Source: Octopus sinensis (Eukaryota). Taken from it: a stretch of 64,000 bases of DNA. The stretch is from positions 84,134,001-84,198,000 of the forward strand of contig NC_042998.1 in assembly GCF_006345805.1 (NCBI RefSeq), in the 5' to 3' direction. Every line of letters starts with the position of its first letter. Positions within the stretch are counted from its first letter, which is position 1. Under the pieces are notes generated by a model. The model made no database searches. It was not told the DNA's origin and was given only the letters and a program-made list of their open reading frames with translations. This document shows positions 23,765 through 36,508 of the stretch, piece after piece. The position numbers and the translations under genes were made by a program.

Positions 23765-25221
23765 GACGGGGGAAAAAGAAATTTTTTTTTTCTTTCCTTT
23801 TTTTCTTTTTGCAACACACCCTTTCAAATGATGTGTAGGAGAAGCGTTTTAAGAAAAAAAAAGAATCTGGAAATTTCTAATCATTCCCACCCACTCCTGC
23901 ACTGAATTTGTCCAATTTTTTTTTTTTTGTGTGCATAACGTCCTTTAAAACAATAGGAGACGTCTTTTCAGTAAAAGAAAATTGAAAATTTAGGATTTTT
24001 CCAACCCCCACCCCGATTTTTCCCATTCTGTTTTTTCTTTTCTTTCTTCTTTTTCTTTTTTTTTTTTGCACTAGGCACTTAAAAGTGATGGGAGAAGCCC
24101 TTTGGCAAGAGGAAAAAAATTTGGAAATCGGCGATCGCCATTACAATTCCCACTTCCTTTATTTTCAAGTAGAAAATGAAATGTAATTTAAAAGCAATAG
24201 TGAATTTTATTATAATTTTTCATTAACCCCGCAACCTTCATAAATCCTAAAAAAGTTTGGCTTTTTGTTTTTTGGGGGGTTTTTTCCGAAATATTTTTAA
24301 TCATAGTTTTAAAATACGGACTGTCCGAATCTGTTATTTGTTTCTGTTTTTAATTACATATAATTTTCAGACGCAGAGGTATGTGATTTAAGGGAGATTT
24401 AGGTGTTTTCAGCATATCCTACGACCACCTGGTGCCTTTCTCGTTTCTTTGTCACTCTGACACATATTTTATTTTTATGGAATGATGATGCGGAAATAAC
24501 GGTTTTGTTTAGCTCAAAGATGGCCCATCACAGGGGTTTAAACAACAACAACAACACATTTGTAATTTAAATTTTTACTCCATCTCACTCTAAGCGAGGC
24601 AATGTGTGTGTATTTGTATGTGTGGAGGGGATTGTGTATAAGAAAAAACATAGTTACTAACAGAAAAATATGCAATTAAAATAAACTATATTTTATATAC
24701 CTTTTTTACATCACTCTGGCACCCTAATGAAATTCCTTATACATAGAGAGAGTTGGATAACTACAATGCGAATCACGAAAATTGAAAGAGATAGACAAAT
24801 AGAAAGTGGGGGATCTTTTTTATTGCTGTCACAGATTTTGAAATTTTAACATTAAGTTAAAATTTCCAAATCTGGCATATTGATGTACTTTTGTGATTCA
24901 TTTATAATGACTGAAATAAGTAAAAAATAAATGAACAAGCAGCTCTGTGAGAAAAATAACCTGAATTAAGTACATTTAAGGAGCAAACAAACAAGGATGC
25001 AATTTATAAATTGAAATAAAGTTTAAAAAAGAAAATTAGAAACCAAAGTTTGGTGTTCCAATAGCAAAACATAGAATCAGGGAAAAAAGAAAACGAAACA
25101 AACTTTTACCATTTAAAAGGAGTCGAAATTGGTAACCGGAAATTTGACTTTCACTGATAGGAATTCACACAGAAGTGTTTGACAGCCGTTGTACTCACTT
25201 ACGCACGCATTCACGCACACG

Positions 25222-25283
<62 letters not shown>

Positions 25284-26579
25284 TCTATTCTTTTTTTCTT
25301 TTTTTCCCTTTTTTAGTCTCAGCCTGAGGGCTTGCGGCCATGCCAGAGCAGTAGGACTGAACGAAGAACCATGTGGTTGAAAACTAAGCTTCTTACTACA
25401 CAGTCACGCCTACGCCAAGATTCACACTCTCCTTCGAAACAAAATTATGACTGCGAAAATGCCAAACAGAGAAAGCAAACTATATTCATTTCCCTACACC
25501 CAGAAAGACCAAACCTATAGACAACATATCGGCGGCTGCAACTTAAAAACTAAGTCTTTCACACACACACACGACTTCAGACTATATCGTACACCGTTTG
25601 GTAAGGAAGTAGTCTTGTAATAGAAAATCTTCTAATGGAACTTATTGAGTTACAATGTAACGGTATATTAACATTCAGATTTCATGCAAGGCGAATATCT
25701 CTACTAGTGTTCTACGACGAATATAATGTTGGACACAGACTTTATATCAATTTGACAGTTCATGGCATCGACGTTCGATGATACTTATATTTCTGAGCAA
25801 CTACTTTCCAAAATGAAATACACGAAAAGCAACTTAAAAATACGAATGACTGGTGGCCATTTGTAAAACGTTATGCTTCTGCCTTCCTCCAGTTTTTTCC
25901 CTTGATGTAAAATATCGAACGCTAGCAACATCAATTATCATATTAATAATTAATGATTCCATTACAACATAAGCTTCAACTTTAAATGAAAAAAATTTAA
26001 TCTAGAATTCTATGTTTTTACTGTTATTATTATTGGATAAGAGAGCAGTGCATGCCATCAAAGTGACGTCAACAAAAGAAAACATCTAAAAGTTTGTCCC
26101 TCATAGGCCTGGGTAGTTTTTTGCAGCATCGGTGTTATCTTGAAGATCATTATCAGATGAACTTAGAGTTTCTTCCATGCGTCGGTGAAATCAGTGCTAT
26201 TGTACGAATCTGTAGCTTAGACATTTATCAAACAACTGGCAACAAGAACTGATGACGGCTATACTCGCATATTGCGGACTGTTCTGAGCATCTTTGGGAA
26301 AAACTATCCAACTAAGCAAAAAATTTACGGCAATCTTCTCTCAATCATTGATACCATTAAAGAAAGAGACATGTACTTTGAGGGATATTACTGATAGGTT
26401 GAGTAAAAACTCATTAGTGACACGTATATATAGACACCACGCCCGTCATGGGAGTGGACATGCCCTAAAAAAACTATAATTGGCTAGCTTTATGCAGGTA
26501 CGGCTTGTTGGCCATCTTGTAGGGATTATGATGGATGGCGTGATCAAGTCAAGCAAATCCGAGCAGACTCGACCAGGTA

Positions 26580-26790
26580 ATAATCCTTTCTATTATAGAC
26601 ACAAGGCCTAGAGTTTGTGGGGAGGGGAAGAGTCGATTACATCGACCCCAGTAATTTATTGATACTTATTTTATCGACCCTGAGAGGATGAAAAGCAAAG
26701 TCGACCTCGGCGGAATTTGAACTCAGAACGTAAAGACAAACGAAAGTGAAATCAACCCTATCAGGATTTGAACTGAGGACGTAAAGATAG
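26580..26790 (-). mobile_element. MetaSINE-like copy with standard tail
   Basis: gatgaaaagcaaagtcgacctcggcggaatttgaactcagaacg. Confidence 0.75.
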
Positions 26791-27177
26791 GAGATAAAAT
26801 TCTGTAAATCATTTCTTTCGGTATTTGTTCCATTTCTGGTGACTCACTGATTCATTTATAATTAAGTAGTATAAATGCAATTTTGTACATAATGACTGTT
26901 CAAAATTAGAGTAAGATCTAGTTGGTTCGAGTTTGCAAACTAAAGGTTATTTCAAGCTGGAGACATTAAAGGAAATAATCAGTTCGTTTAGTCTGGCTTT
27001 CTTTCAAAACAATATTTCGCTTACGGCGGACACATCCCGTCCTTTCAGCCACATCAACGTTCAGTACAACTACGTTCAAACAAAAGCTCTTATCTTCATC
27101 TTACAACAATAGAAACGAGATAATCTATTAAGTTTATTATTTCCATGGAAACCAACTGCAATTTTGATTGAGTTATT

Positions 27178-27217
<40 letters not shown>

Positions 27218-27706
27218 GGTAATGAAGCTGTTCTGTCCTACGATAGTCATCATAATGAATTCATGTCGTTTATGCATGCAATGGTTGTATACATAAAACA
27301 TAATTGGTTGAATAGATTAGTACTTCTTCAATGCTGGATACTTCTCTTAAAGCGTCTCGGAAGGAGAGCAAATGACTTATGGCAATCGTTATTCGTAATT
27401 TCTGAATTCAAGTACAATAAATACCAGGTGTAACTGAAGTCATTGTTGTTCCCTGTTTCTTAATATTAAAATTTATGGCGGTCTTTAGTCGTTTGGAGAC
27501 AGAGTTTATGAAGTTAACGTGTATTGCTAATACTATTTGTTGTTTGGTCGTATAATAGTTTATTCTGCGTCAAAACTCACTTATATCGCTGTTAAACTGA
27601 TCCACTCTCAACGTCAAAAACCCCTTTTAGTATCCAGGCTGACACTGTTCATGTGCAATGTCCAGGAAACTTTTTTTTATTATAACTAGCCATACCAGGT
27701 ATATAA

Positions 27707-27760
<54 letters not shown>

Positions 27761-28299
27761 ATGCGAGTAACAGCTCACAGTTGATCCACTAAAATACCAG
27801 TTACTCAAGATGTTATTCAAGATTAAGATAAACAGCAGATCTATCCGACATTCTTCCATCATCGCAATATTTCGCAAAGTTTGGGGTTTTTTGTTGTTTT
27901 TTTTTTTTTAAGAGTGCAGTGTTGTACCGACGTTGTGATATAAACCGTCTAGTGTTCGAGCTGAAGGACTGTGTCTAATGATTCGGTTAATAACATCCTT
28001 TAATCAGTGAGTCATTAGGTTTTATATAATTGATTATTACAACACGTGGTCTCTTAAATATTTTGCCTTGAAAATAGGTTGCTCTAGGTACCAAGCAGTG
28101 GAATGGAACCTGAAACTGTATGGTTGCGAAGCAATGCCTGCGTGCAGGGGTGGCAACTGGAACGCTTTTGATCAAAACAACAACAATAACAGCAATTCTT
28201 ATAGAACAGTTTAAATGTAACCAGCTCTGCTATGCCCCAACTTCCTTATCTTCAAAAGTACTATATTTCATAGCATATAAGACGCACTTTCTCGGCGTG

Positions 28300-28690
28300 G
28301 CTGTATGGAAAGAAATTTGCTTCCCAAGTACATGGTTCCAAGCTCAGTCGCACTGCGTGACTCCATATACTATATCTTCTACTATATCCTCAGGCTGATC
28401 TCGGTAGATGGAACCTGAAAGAATCCCGTCGCATACATATATTTATATATACAGATGTGTGTGAGAGTGTGTGCGTGTGTGTGTATCCATGTTTGTCCCC
28501 AACACCGCTTGACAACCGGTGTTGGTGAGTTTATGTCTCCGTAACTTATCAGTTCGGTAAAAGGAACCGATAGAATAAGTACCGGACTTAACAAAAATAC
28601 ATCCTGGGGTCGATTCATTTGACTAAGAATGCTTCAAGGCTGTACCCCAATATGGCCCTAATCTAATGACTGAAACAGGTGAATAACAAA
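28300..28690 (+). mobile_element. SINE family C
   Basis: ggcgtggctgtatggaaagaaatttgcttcccaag...ctaatgactgaaacagg. Confidence 0.7.
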
Positions 28691-29397
28691 ATCGGTGCGC
28701 CAGCAAAGGCAGTGCTCCAGCATGGCCCCAGCCTTTGGCTGAAACCATTAAAAGAATAAAATAATTTTTTTTTAAACTCCACCCCGGATCCTATATGCGA
28801 AGTTGGGCCTATATTACATGCTTTGATGACACAAAAAAAGACATTTTTCCTGAATATGCGTTGTTTAAATAGGGATGCATTAGATATGCTTGTGTATTTT
28901 GATTTGTTTTCAAATATGGTGTATTTCAAAATGTGCGGTAATAAACGACCCACAGTTGATCGTTTATTACCGCTGTAGCCTTCGTTTCCATGAAGTGTAT
29001 CTGTAAACAAATCATCTAGAAGACGGCAGTATCTCCAGCCAAGCAAATGGTTACTATGGGAATTAATACAATAATTCTTAAATGCATTGCTATGCCTAAG
29101 ACGCAAGAAATCCTCTGTTTCGTGACAGATTGAACAGGATTAGGCGTTCGAGATAACTTAGCCGCTCACCCATCTGCATACAACCATTGTATTTTCTGTT
29201 TTGTGGACTGAAATACGTAGAATGGTGGGAGGAGGAAATAAATATTGTATAACATTTCAAGAATCTGAGATTAATTCTTTCGACTTCGGTCCCTATTTTG
29301 GCGAGAAACTATTGCAGTCATAACAAAAAGAAAGTGTACAAAATTTTCACAAAAGAATCTTACACTATCTATTGTTAGATAGCTAAATAGGAAGATG

Positions 29398-29683
29398 TGT
29401 ATGTATGTATGTATGTATGTATGTATGTATGTATGTATGTATGTATGTATGTATGTATGTATGTATGTATGTACGTCTGTATGTATGTATGTACGTCTGT
29501 TGTATGTATGTATGTACGTACGTATGTATGTATGTATGTATGTATGTACGTACGTATGTATGTATGTATGTATGTATGAATTTACGTACGTATGTATGTA
29601 TGTATGTGTATGTAAGTAGGTAGGTAGATAGATAGATAGATAGATTGATAGAATACATACATGCATACATACATACATACACG

Positions 29684-29714
<31 letters not shown>

Positions 29715-29960
29715 GTGTATATGTATGTATGTGTATGCATGAATGTATGTATGTGTATGCATGTATGTATGTATGTATGTATGTATTATGTATGTACGTA
29801 TGCATGTAGGTATGCATGCATGCGTGTATGTATGTATATATGTATGTATTATGTATGTATGTATGAATGTATTATGTATGTATGAATGTATGCGTGTATG
29901 CATGTATGTGTGTGTATGTATGTATGTATGTATGTATGTACGTATGTGTGTGTATATATG
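29398..29960. repeat. Compound (TATG)n/(TACA)n microsatellite field
   Basis: Read directly; source of the spurious 325-aa ORF. Confidence 0.95.
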
Positions 29961-30293
29961 TATGCATTTGCGTGTATGTTTTTGCGCCTGTATTTGTTCT
30001 CTCACAGCTTGACAACCAATTTGTTTACATGACCGTAACCTGGCAGTTAGACGAAAGAGGCGGATACAATATGAACCCAGCTTTAAAAAATAAATACTGG
30101 GGTCCACCTTTGCGACGAAGAAATCCTTCAAGACGGTGCCCCATCGCGGTCGCAGTTCAATGAATGAAGCAAATAAATACAATAACATAAAGGAAAGCAC
30201 GCGCGCGCGCACAAACACATGCATGCATACATACATACAGACACGCATGTATATATATATACATACATGTATATATATGTATGTATATGTATA

Positions 30294-30348
<55 letters not shown>

Positions 30349-30498
30349 TATATATATGTATATATTATATATATACATTATATATACATAAATATATATA
30401 TACATGTACATTTGTGTGTGTATATATGTATACATACATATATATATACATATATACATACATATATAAATAAGCAAACATGCATATATATATATATA

Positions 30499-30727
30499 TT
30501 TCTTTACTATCCACAAGGGGCTAACCACAGAGAGGAAAAACAAGGAGAGACAAACGGATTAAGTCGATTATATCGACCCCAGTGCGTAACTGGTACTTAA
30601 TTTATCGACCCCGATAGAATGAAAGGCAAAGTCGACCTCGGCGGAATATGAACTAATAACGTAACGGCAGACGAAATACGGCTACGCATTTCACCCGGCG
30701 TTCTAACGTTTCTGCCAGCTCGACGCC
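30499..30727 (-). mobile_element. Full-length MetaSINE-like copy with Tx1-derived tail, lying in (TA)n
   Basis: Head ggcgtcgagctggcagaaacgttag; tail ccccttgtggatagtaaagaaa. Confidence 0.8.
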
Positions 30728-30735
30728 TTTTGCCG

Positions 30736-31040
<305 letters not shown>

Positions 31041-31245
31041 TGTCCTACGTCCTGGTTTTGTTTTGTTTTTTATTTTTACCGTTATTGTTTTTACGTTTTT
31101 GTATTCTTATTGGTGTCACGTATTCTGTATTTTTGTTCGTGTACTTCGTTCGTTTTCCGTCCTCGTGTTGTATACATTCGAAGCTTTCTTCCAGGGGATC
31201 TAATGCGCTTGGCTTAGATTTCCCTTGGCGGGCTGCCCAAATCGG

Positions 31246-31307
31246 AGCAATCTCAAGATTAATCAGCCGAAATTGCTAAGATGATCTGGTTCTTGACTGA
31301 TGACTGA
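31246..31307 (+). ncRNA. Hammerhead ribozyme-like motif, non-circularly permuted (copy 1)
   Basis: agcaa-UC-tcaaga-ttaa-tcag-cc-GAAA-ttgct-(13 nt)-tcttga-CUGAUGA-ctga. Confidence 0.6.
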
Positions 31308-32015
31308 GGGCTTCGAATGTCCCGTCCTGTGGTTCTTGTGTCGTCTCTGTGGTGTTTCATGTTCTTGTCCATGTCTGTAATTATTTTTACTGTTTACCTA
31401 TATAATCGGCGGCTACGTATCCACAATTGTCCTTATACGATAAGTATATTTTTTCTCTAGCATTGATACGACTCTTGATCTGTCTCTTTCTCTCTCTCTC
31501 TCTCTCCTCCCTTATTCCCCTTCCTTTCTTTCCCTCTCCATCCGTCTTCCCCCCCTTCTACGTTTCTCTATCTCTCTCACCTCCAGTCCCCTCGATCTGT
31601 CTCTTTCTTCTCCTCCCTCGTCCACCTTCTCTCTCTTTTCATCTGTCCCTTTCTCCTGTCTTTTGTTCTCACGTGACCGCTAGCCACTGTTGAGCGCTCT
31701 TTTCGTTCCAGCAGTCGCCGAAGCAACACGTATTTGTTCGTCTCCCTGCGGCCATTAGGCACAACTTCATAAGCCAGCCCTAAACTCAACTCGTCCTGTC
31801 GAAAGACCCTTGTCCTACGTCCTGGTTTTGTTTTGTTTTTTATTTTTACCGTTATTGTTTTTACGTTTTTGTATTCTTATTGGTGTCACGTATTCTGTAT
31901 TTTTGTTCGTGTACTTCGTTCGTTTTCCGTCCTCGTGTTGTATACATTCGAAGCTTTCTTCCAGGGGATCTAATGCGCTTGGCTTAGATTTCCCTTGGCG
32001 GGCTGCCCAAATCGG

Positions 32016-32077
32016 AGCAATCTCAAGATTAATCAGCCGAAATTGCTAAGATGATCTGGTTCTTGACTGATGACTGA
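32016..32077 (+). ncRNA. Hammerhead ribozyme-like motif, non-circularly permuted (copy 2)
   Basis: Same sequence as 31246-31307, offset by 770 bp. Confidence 0.6.
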
Positions 32078-32187
32078 GGGCTTCGAATGTCCCGTCCTGT
32101 GGTTCTTGTGTCGTCTCTGTGGTGTTTCATGTTCTTGTCCATGTCTGTAATTATTTTTACTGTTTACCTATATATATATATATATAT

Positions 32188-32310
32188 ATTCCGCCGAGGT
32201 CGACTTTGCCTTTCATCCTTTCGGGGTCGATAAATTAAGTACCAGTTACGCACTGGGGTCGATATAATCGACTTAATCCGTTTGTCTGTCCTTGTTTTTC
32301 CTCTCTGTGG

Positions 32311-32344
<34 letters not shown>

Positions 32345-32390
32345 CATACACACACGCGCACACATCACACGCACGCACGCACGCACACAC

Positions 32391-32434
<44 letters not shown>

Positions 32435-32561
32435 TCCGCCGAGGTCGACTTTGCCTTTCATCCTTTCGGGGTCGATAAATTAAGTACCAGTTACGCACTG
32501 GGGTCGATATAATCGACTTAATCCGTTTGTCTGTCCTTGTTTTTCCTCTCTGTGGTTATAC

Positions 32562-32626
<65 letters not shown>

Positions 32627-32659
32627 ATACACACACGCGCACACATCACACGCACGCAC

Positions 32660-32735
<76 letters not shown>
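32188..32735 (+). repeat. Tandem duplication of a SINE fragment plus microsatellite
   Basis: ttccgccgagg...ctctctgtggtt followed by (TA)n aacatacacacacgcgcacacatcacacgc occurs twice. Confidence 0.8.
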
Positions 32736-32740
<5 letters not shown>

Positions 32741-32983
32741 TGCAAGTGTGGGGGAGTGGGTGGTAAAAAGTTAGCCATATTGTTCCAGGTTCGGTTCCAT
32801 TGCGGGTTACCTTGGGCAAATGTCTTCAACTGTAGACCCGATCCGATTTTGTAGGCTGAAACTGAAAAAAGACTTGCCATATATGTACATGTAGTTAAAA
32901 TTTATAGAAAAACAAAAGACGAAGACAGGTGTATGAACAGCAAGGAGGTGTATCAGTTTTACGCTCGGGGAAATAAGAAAGTC

Positions 32984-33018
32984 ATTTACGTTTCGAGCCT
33001 ACGCTTTTCAACAGAAAG
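32984..33018 (-). ncRNA. Degenerate minimal hammerhead-like motif (CUGUUGA core)
   Basis: cttt-CUGUUGA-a-aagc-gtag-gctc-GAAA-cg-UA-aatg; same family as 2417-2451. Confidence 0.3.
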
Positions 33019-33589
33019 GATTAAGAGAAAATAAGCAGAGAGAGAATGAAAAAGAACTTGTAGATTTAGCGGTTAAGCATGGCACGTGTGTGTGTGTGTG
33101 TGTCCTTGTGTTTGTTTCGTTCTGGCGTTAGTTAGTAACTTATGAGTTCTGCATTTAGAATCAAGAGAATAGGTATCAGGCTTCAAAAAGTAAGTACTGG
33201 TGTCGGCTTGTTCGACTAAAATCGTCCAAGGCGATGCCCCGACATGGCCGCCGTCCAATGACAAAAATAAATAAGATAGAAGGTATGTTAAAGTTTGTGA
33301 AGTTATATATAATTACAATTATATCTAATTAACTGCATTATACTCCAGTCGCAATAAAAACAGATTCCTAAAGAAGCAATTGTAGCGACACCAGTTAACT
33401 CATTCGCCCGCTTCAAGCATGACTGTGTTTTTCTTCGCTGCTGGAGTCACGTCTTTGTATACACAAACGTCGTGAATTATTGAAGCACAACTACCAGGTA
33501 AGACATTTGTTTTGGGGGAGATTCAGGCGGGATTGTTGCTCGTGGTTATTTATTTTTGTCGAATAAAAAATCTCCACTAAGCTCCACGT

Positions 33590-35348
33590 ATTTGTAGTTG
33601 TGTTTAAAATCTCACTTAGCGGTGAGAAGTGTGTTTTGGGGGCGTATCCCTCCTAAAATTGTACTATTTTTGTGGCTGTTTTGTGCCCTTGTCAGGTGGA
33701 TTACCAAGTTAGCCAGGAATACTAGGACAGCCAGAAGAATTTGCTGTGTTTTTTTTAACTGTTTCTTGTCTTCTTCCTTCTTTCCTGCATTTTTCTTTTT
33801 TTATTTGAACTCTGAACTTGTGATTTTTTGTGAACTTTTTCAAAAAAGAAACATGACAAAGAAGATAAATAACACTGTGTTGGAGTAAGAGATTGTCCCA
33901 CCCGAACAGTGGATGAAAGACTTTGAAGAGAGGACTGTGGTGCTGCGAACGTACTCCTAGTCACTCGACACCCTCTTTCAAAAGACTGAAATTGGAAAAG
34001 AGTTGGCAGAATATTTGCCAACTATTAAATTCATCTCCAGTGGGGTCAAATATGCAACGGTGTGGTTGCTATTTGACATTACTGAGGAGGCTCGCAAATT
34101 TGCGAGCCAGCCCTTGGGGGGCAAACAGATTTTGTTTCTTCCCACGTATTGTGGGAAGAAGTTGACAAGAGCTTGGGTCTGCGGGTTACCAACCTGGATG
34201 GAACCCGAGTGGATAGAGGAGACTATCCGCCGGGGTCTGGGTGGCAGCGGAGCCAAGCTACTCAATGTGAAAATTTTGCCTGTGGCTGATTGGGTTGGGT
34301 GAAAAGCTGTTTTGACCCTGTGGACCCAATCAGCCAAGAATCTGGTTTTTCCAGATTTTTTTTAAATGGCCTGTTGCAGATACCCGGTGATTCTTGAGGA
34401 ATGCCCTCCTCCAAGTGTCACCTGTGCCTGGGACAGGACCACATCAAAAAGAACTGTCCCCTGGACCAGAGTAGGGCCCTGGAACAGTTAGTTGTGGAAA
34501 AGCCCCCCTTCCTCCTCCGGGGAGAGAGATGGATGTAAGTGAGGAAGGAGAGACCTCCCCGGGAAAAGGGGGGGAAGGAAAAAGGTGACCAACAATGGTT
34601 GCTCACCGAAGGATCCTAAAGCTGCGGGAGGGAGCGATGTTCCTCCGATTAATGCGAAGGAACCAACCCCTCCGTACCAAAGACAAAAAAAAATAAAAGA
34701 ATGGGACAGTGCCGGCGGTTTGTAGTGCACTGCTGGCATGTCCCGAAACCTCGTCGGTGGGAATTGTGCCACCGACGGAGGAAACTGTGGCCCCTCCCAG
34801 TGAAAGTAATGAGGTATTTGTGATCTTTCTCAAAGGAGGGGCCATAGAGAACTTTGTAAGAAGTTTTGAAGGTCGGGAACTGGCGGCCCCGACCTGCATT
34901 AAAAGCCCACATTGGCCTCCGCAGGTGGCTGCCGAGGTCATGGAGGAGAGTTACTTTTACAAGATAATGGATGCCTTTTCTAAGGAGGAGTTTAATTATA
35001 TTTTCTGGGTCCCCTACATGCTACTGCGGGATTGCCCGCAGGCGGCGAAAGATTTGATCGATGAGGTGGAGTGAGAGGTCTTGGCGCCTCGATTGATTTG
35101 GAACTCTTTGACTGATAAGAGGCTCAGTGCCTCAATTTATGTTACTGTAAGAGGTTCTTTACCTCATTTGTGTTTTTAAAAAAAAGAAAAAAGAACAGTG
35201 TTCTCGAGGGGCATCGATCGGCAGGCGTCGTTTGCTTCCCTCGTCTATATCATTATTTTGCGCATCATTCATTTCATTTATGTTGTTGTCCAGCCCGCAC
35301 TTGCTTCTATCTTTGTAATGCCTTTATGGCAAATTTGATGAAATAAAG
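33590..35348 (+). mobile_element. ORF1-only (HAL1-like) non-autonomous Tx1-related element; 5' boundary approximate
   Basis: Gag-like ORF1 runs directly into a 3' UTR ending aataaag; no APE or RT. Confidence 0.7.
33853..35074 (+). pseudogene. Tx1-type ORF1 with CCHC knuckle and a distinct C-terminal domain; stops and frameshifts
   Basis: IVPPEQW..EERTVVLRTYS and TIKFISSGVKYATV..LFLPTYCG align by eye to LINE ORF1 (VQPPEE..KRKTIIFKAY; IKYLARGKKFGTI..LIPIYMG). Knuckle CHLCLGQDHIKKNC at ~34417-34460. Confidence 0.75.
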
Positions 35349-35370
35349 AAGCTTGCTTCCAGTTACATGG

Positions 35371-36079
35371 AAGATATGGAATGTGTGGTCGGTGCATTTA
35401 CAATGAGAAGAGAATGTTGCCATGGCGATACCAGCTCAGGGGCCTATGCAAAGTTGCATAAAGTGTATGGGGAAGTGTACGAGTGGTTCAGACACTTTCA
35501 AGATGGCCGAAAAAATGTCGATATTGACGAACGTTCTTGGAGACCCGCAACCAGCAGAACAGAGATATACATCGCAAACGTGCGTGAAGCTGTGAGGAGA
35601 AATCATCGAACCACCATCCGTGAGTTATCAGCGGATGTGCAAATTAGTTACGGTTCAGTTCAGTCCATTATCACTGAAGATTTGGGTATGAGACGCGTGT
35701 CTGCCACGTTTACGCCAAAACTGCTTTCAGCTGACCAAAAAGACACTCGGGTTTCAGTTGCACAAGATTTCCTTGATTATGTCGAGAACGAGGAAAACTT
35801 TGAAAACTGCGTAGGCCTCTGAGCAGGTATCGCCAGGCTTTTGGCAAAATTCGATACAGGTCTTCTGCTCAACTCTCTGTTTCATGGTCAATGCGACGAT
35901 CACACGCTACACACCTTCCTTCTAAGCACTACTATAGACAGCAGAAGTGAGCTAGAACGTTAAAACTTAGTACGCATACACAGCAGAGTGCAAGGTCAAT
36001 CTGTGCCAAGTGGTTTCACTGTGCGTGCTTTAACTTCGTTATTATGGGAACAGTCCGGATACTTATTGATCAGACCACA
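35371..36079. mobile_element. Rearranged mariner transposon remnant
   Basis: Plus-strand transposase HTH (VYEWFRHFQDGR..DERSWRP..TIRELS..LGMRRVSATFTPKLL). TIR gtggtctgatcaataagtatccggac and start MKQRVEQKTCIEFC are on the minus strand at 35810-36079. Confidence 0.8.
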
Positions 36080-36099
36080 TAAATATGTATATATACTCT

Positions 36100-36500
36100 T
36101 TTTTTACTCTTTTACTTGTTTCAGTCATTTGACTGCGGCCATGCTGGAGCACCGCCTTTAATCAAGCAACTCGACCCCGGAACTTATTCTTTTGTAAGCC
36201 CAGTACTTATTCTATCGGTCTCTTTTGCCGAACCGCTAAGTAACGGGGACATAAACACACCAGCATCGGTTGTCAAGCAATGCTAGGGGGACAAACACAG
36301 ACACACAAACACACACACGCATATATATATATATATACGACGGGATTCTTTTAGTTTCCGTCTACCAAATCCACTCACAAGGCTTTGGTCGGCCCAAGGC
36401 TATAGTAGAAGACACTTGCCCAAGGTGCCACGCGGTGGGACTAAACCCGGAACCATGTGGTTGGTAAACAAGCTACTTACCACACAGCCACTCCTGCGCC
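36100..36500 (-). mobile_element. SINE family C, intact-looking
   Basis: Head ggcgcaggagtggctgtgtggtaagtagcttg; used as the reference for the other copies. Confidence 0.85.
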
Positions 36501-36508
36501 TATATATA

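Larger units (their letters stand above)
31041..32172 (+). mobile_element. Non-coding direct-repeat retroelement (retrozyme/Penelope-like): ~360-bp repeats, 770-bp period
   Basis: 31041-31402 appears identical to 31811-32172. CT-rich spacer, (TA)n on both flanks, one permuted hammerhead in each repeat. Confidence 0.75.

Noticed and set aside
28663-29106. 147-aa ORF
   Set aside because: It runs into a SINE tail and has no recognisable domain.
33418-33503. ATG and a strong donor CAG|GTAAGA suggesting a plus-strand exon
   Set aside because: The ATG frame stops before the donor, and no partner exon or homology was found.
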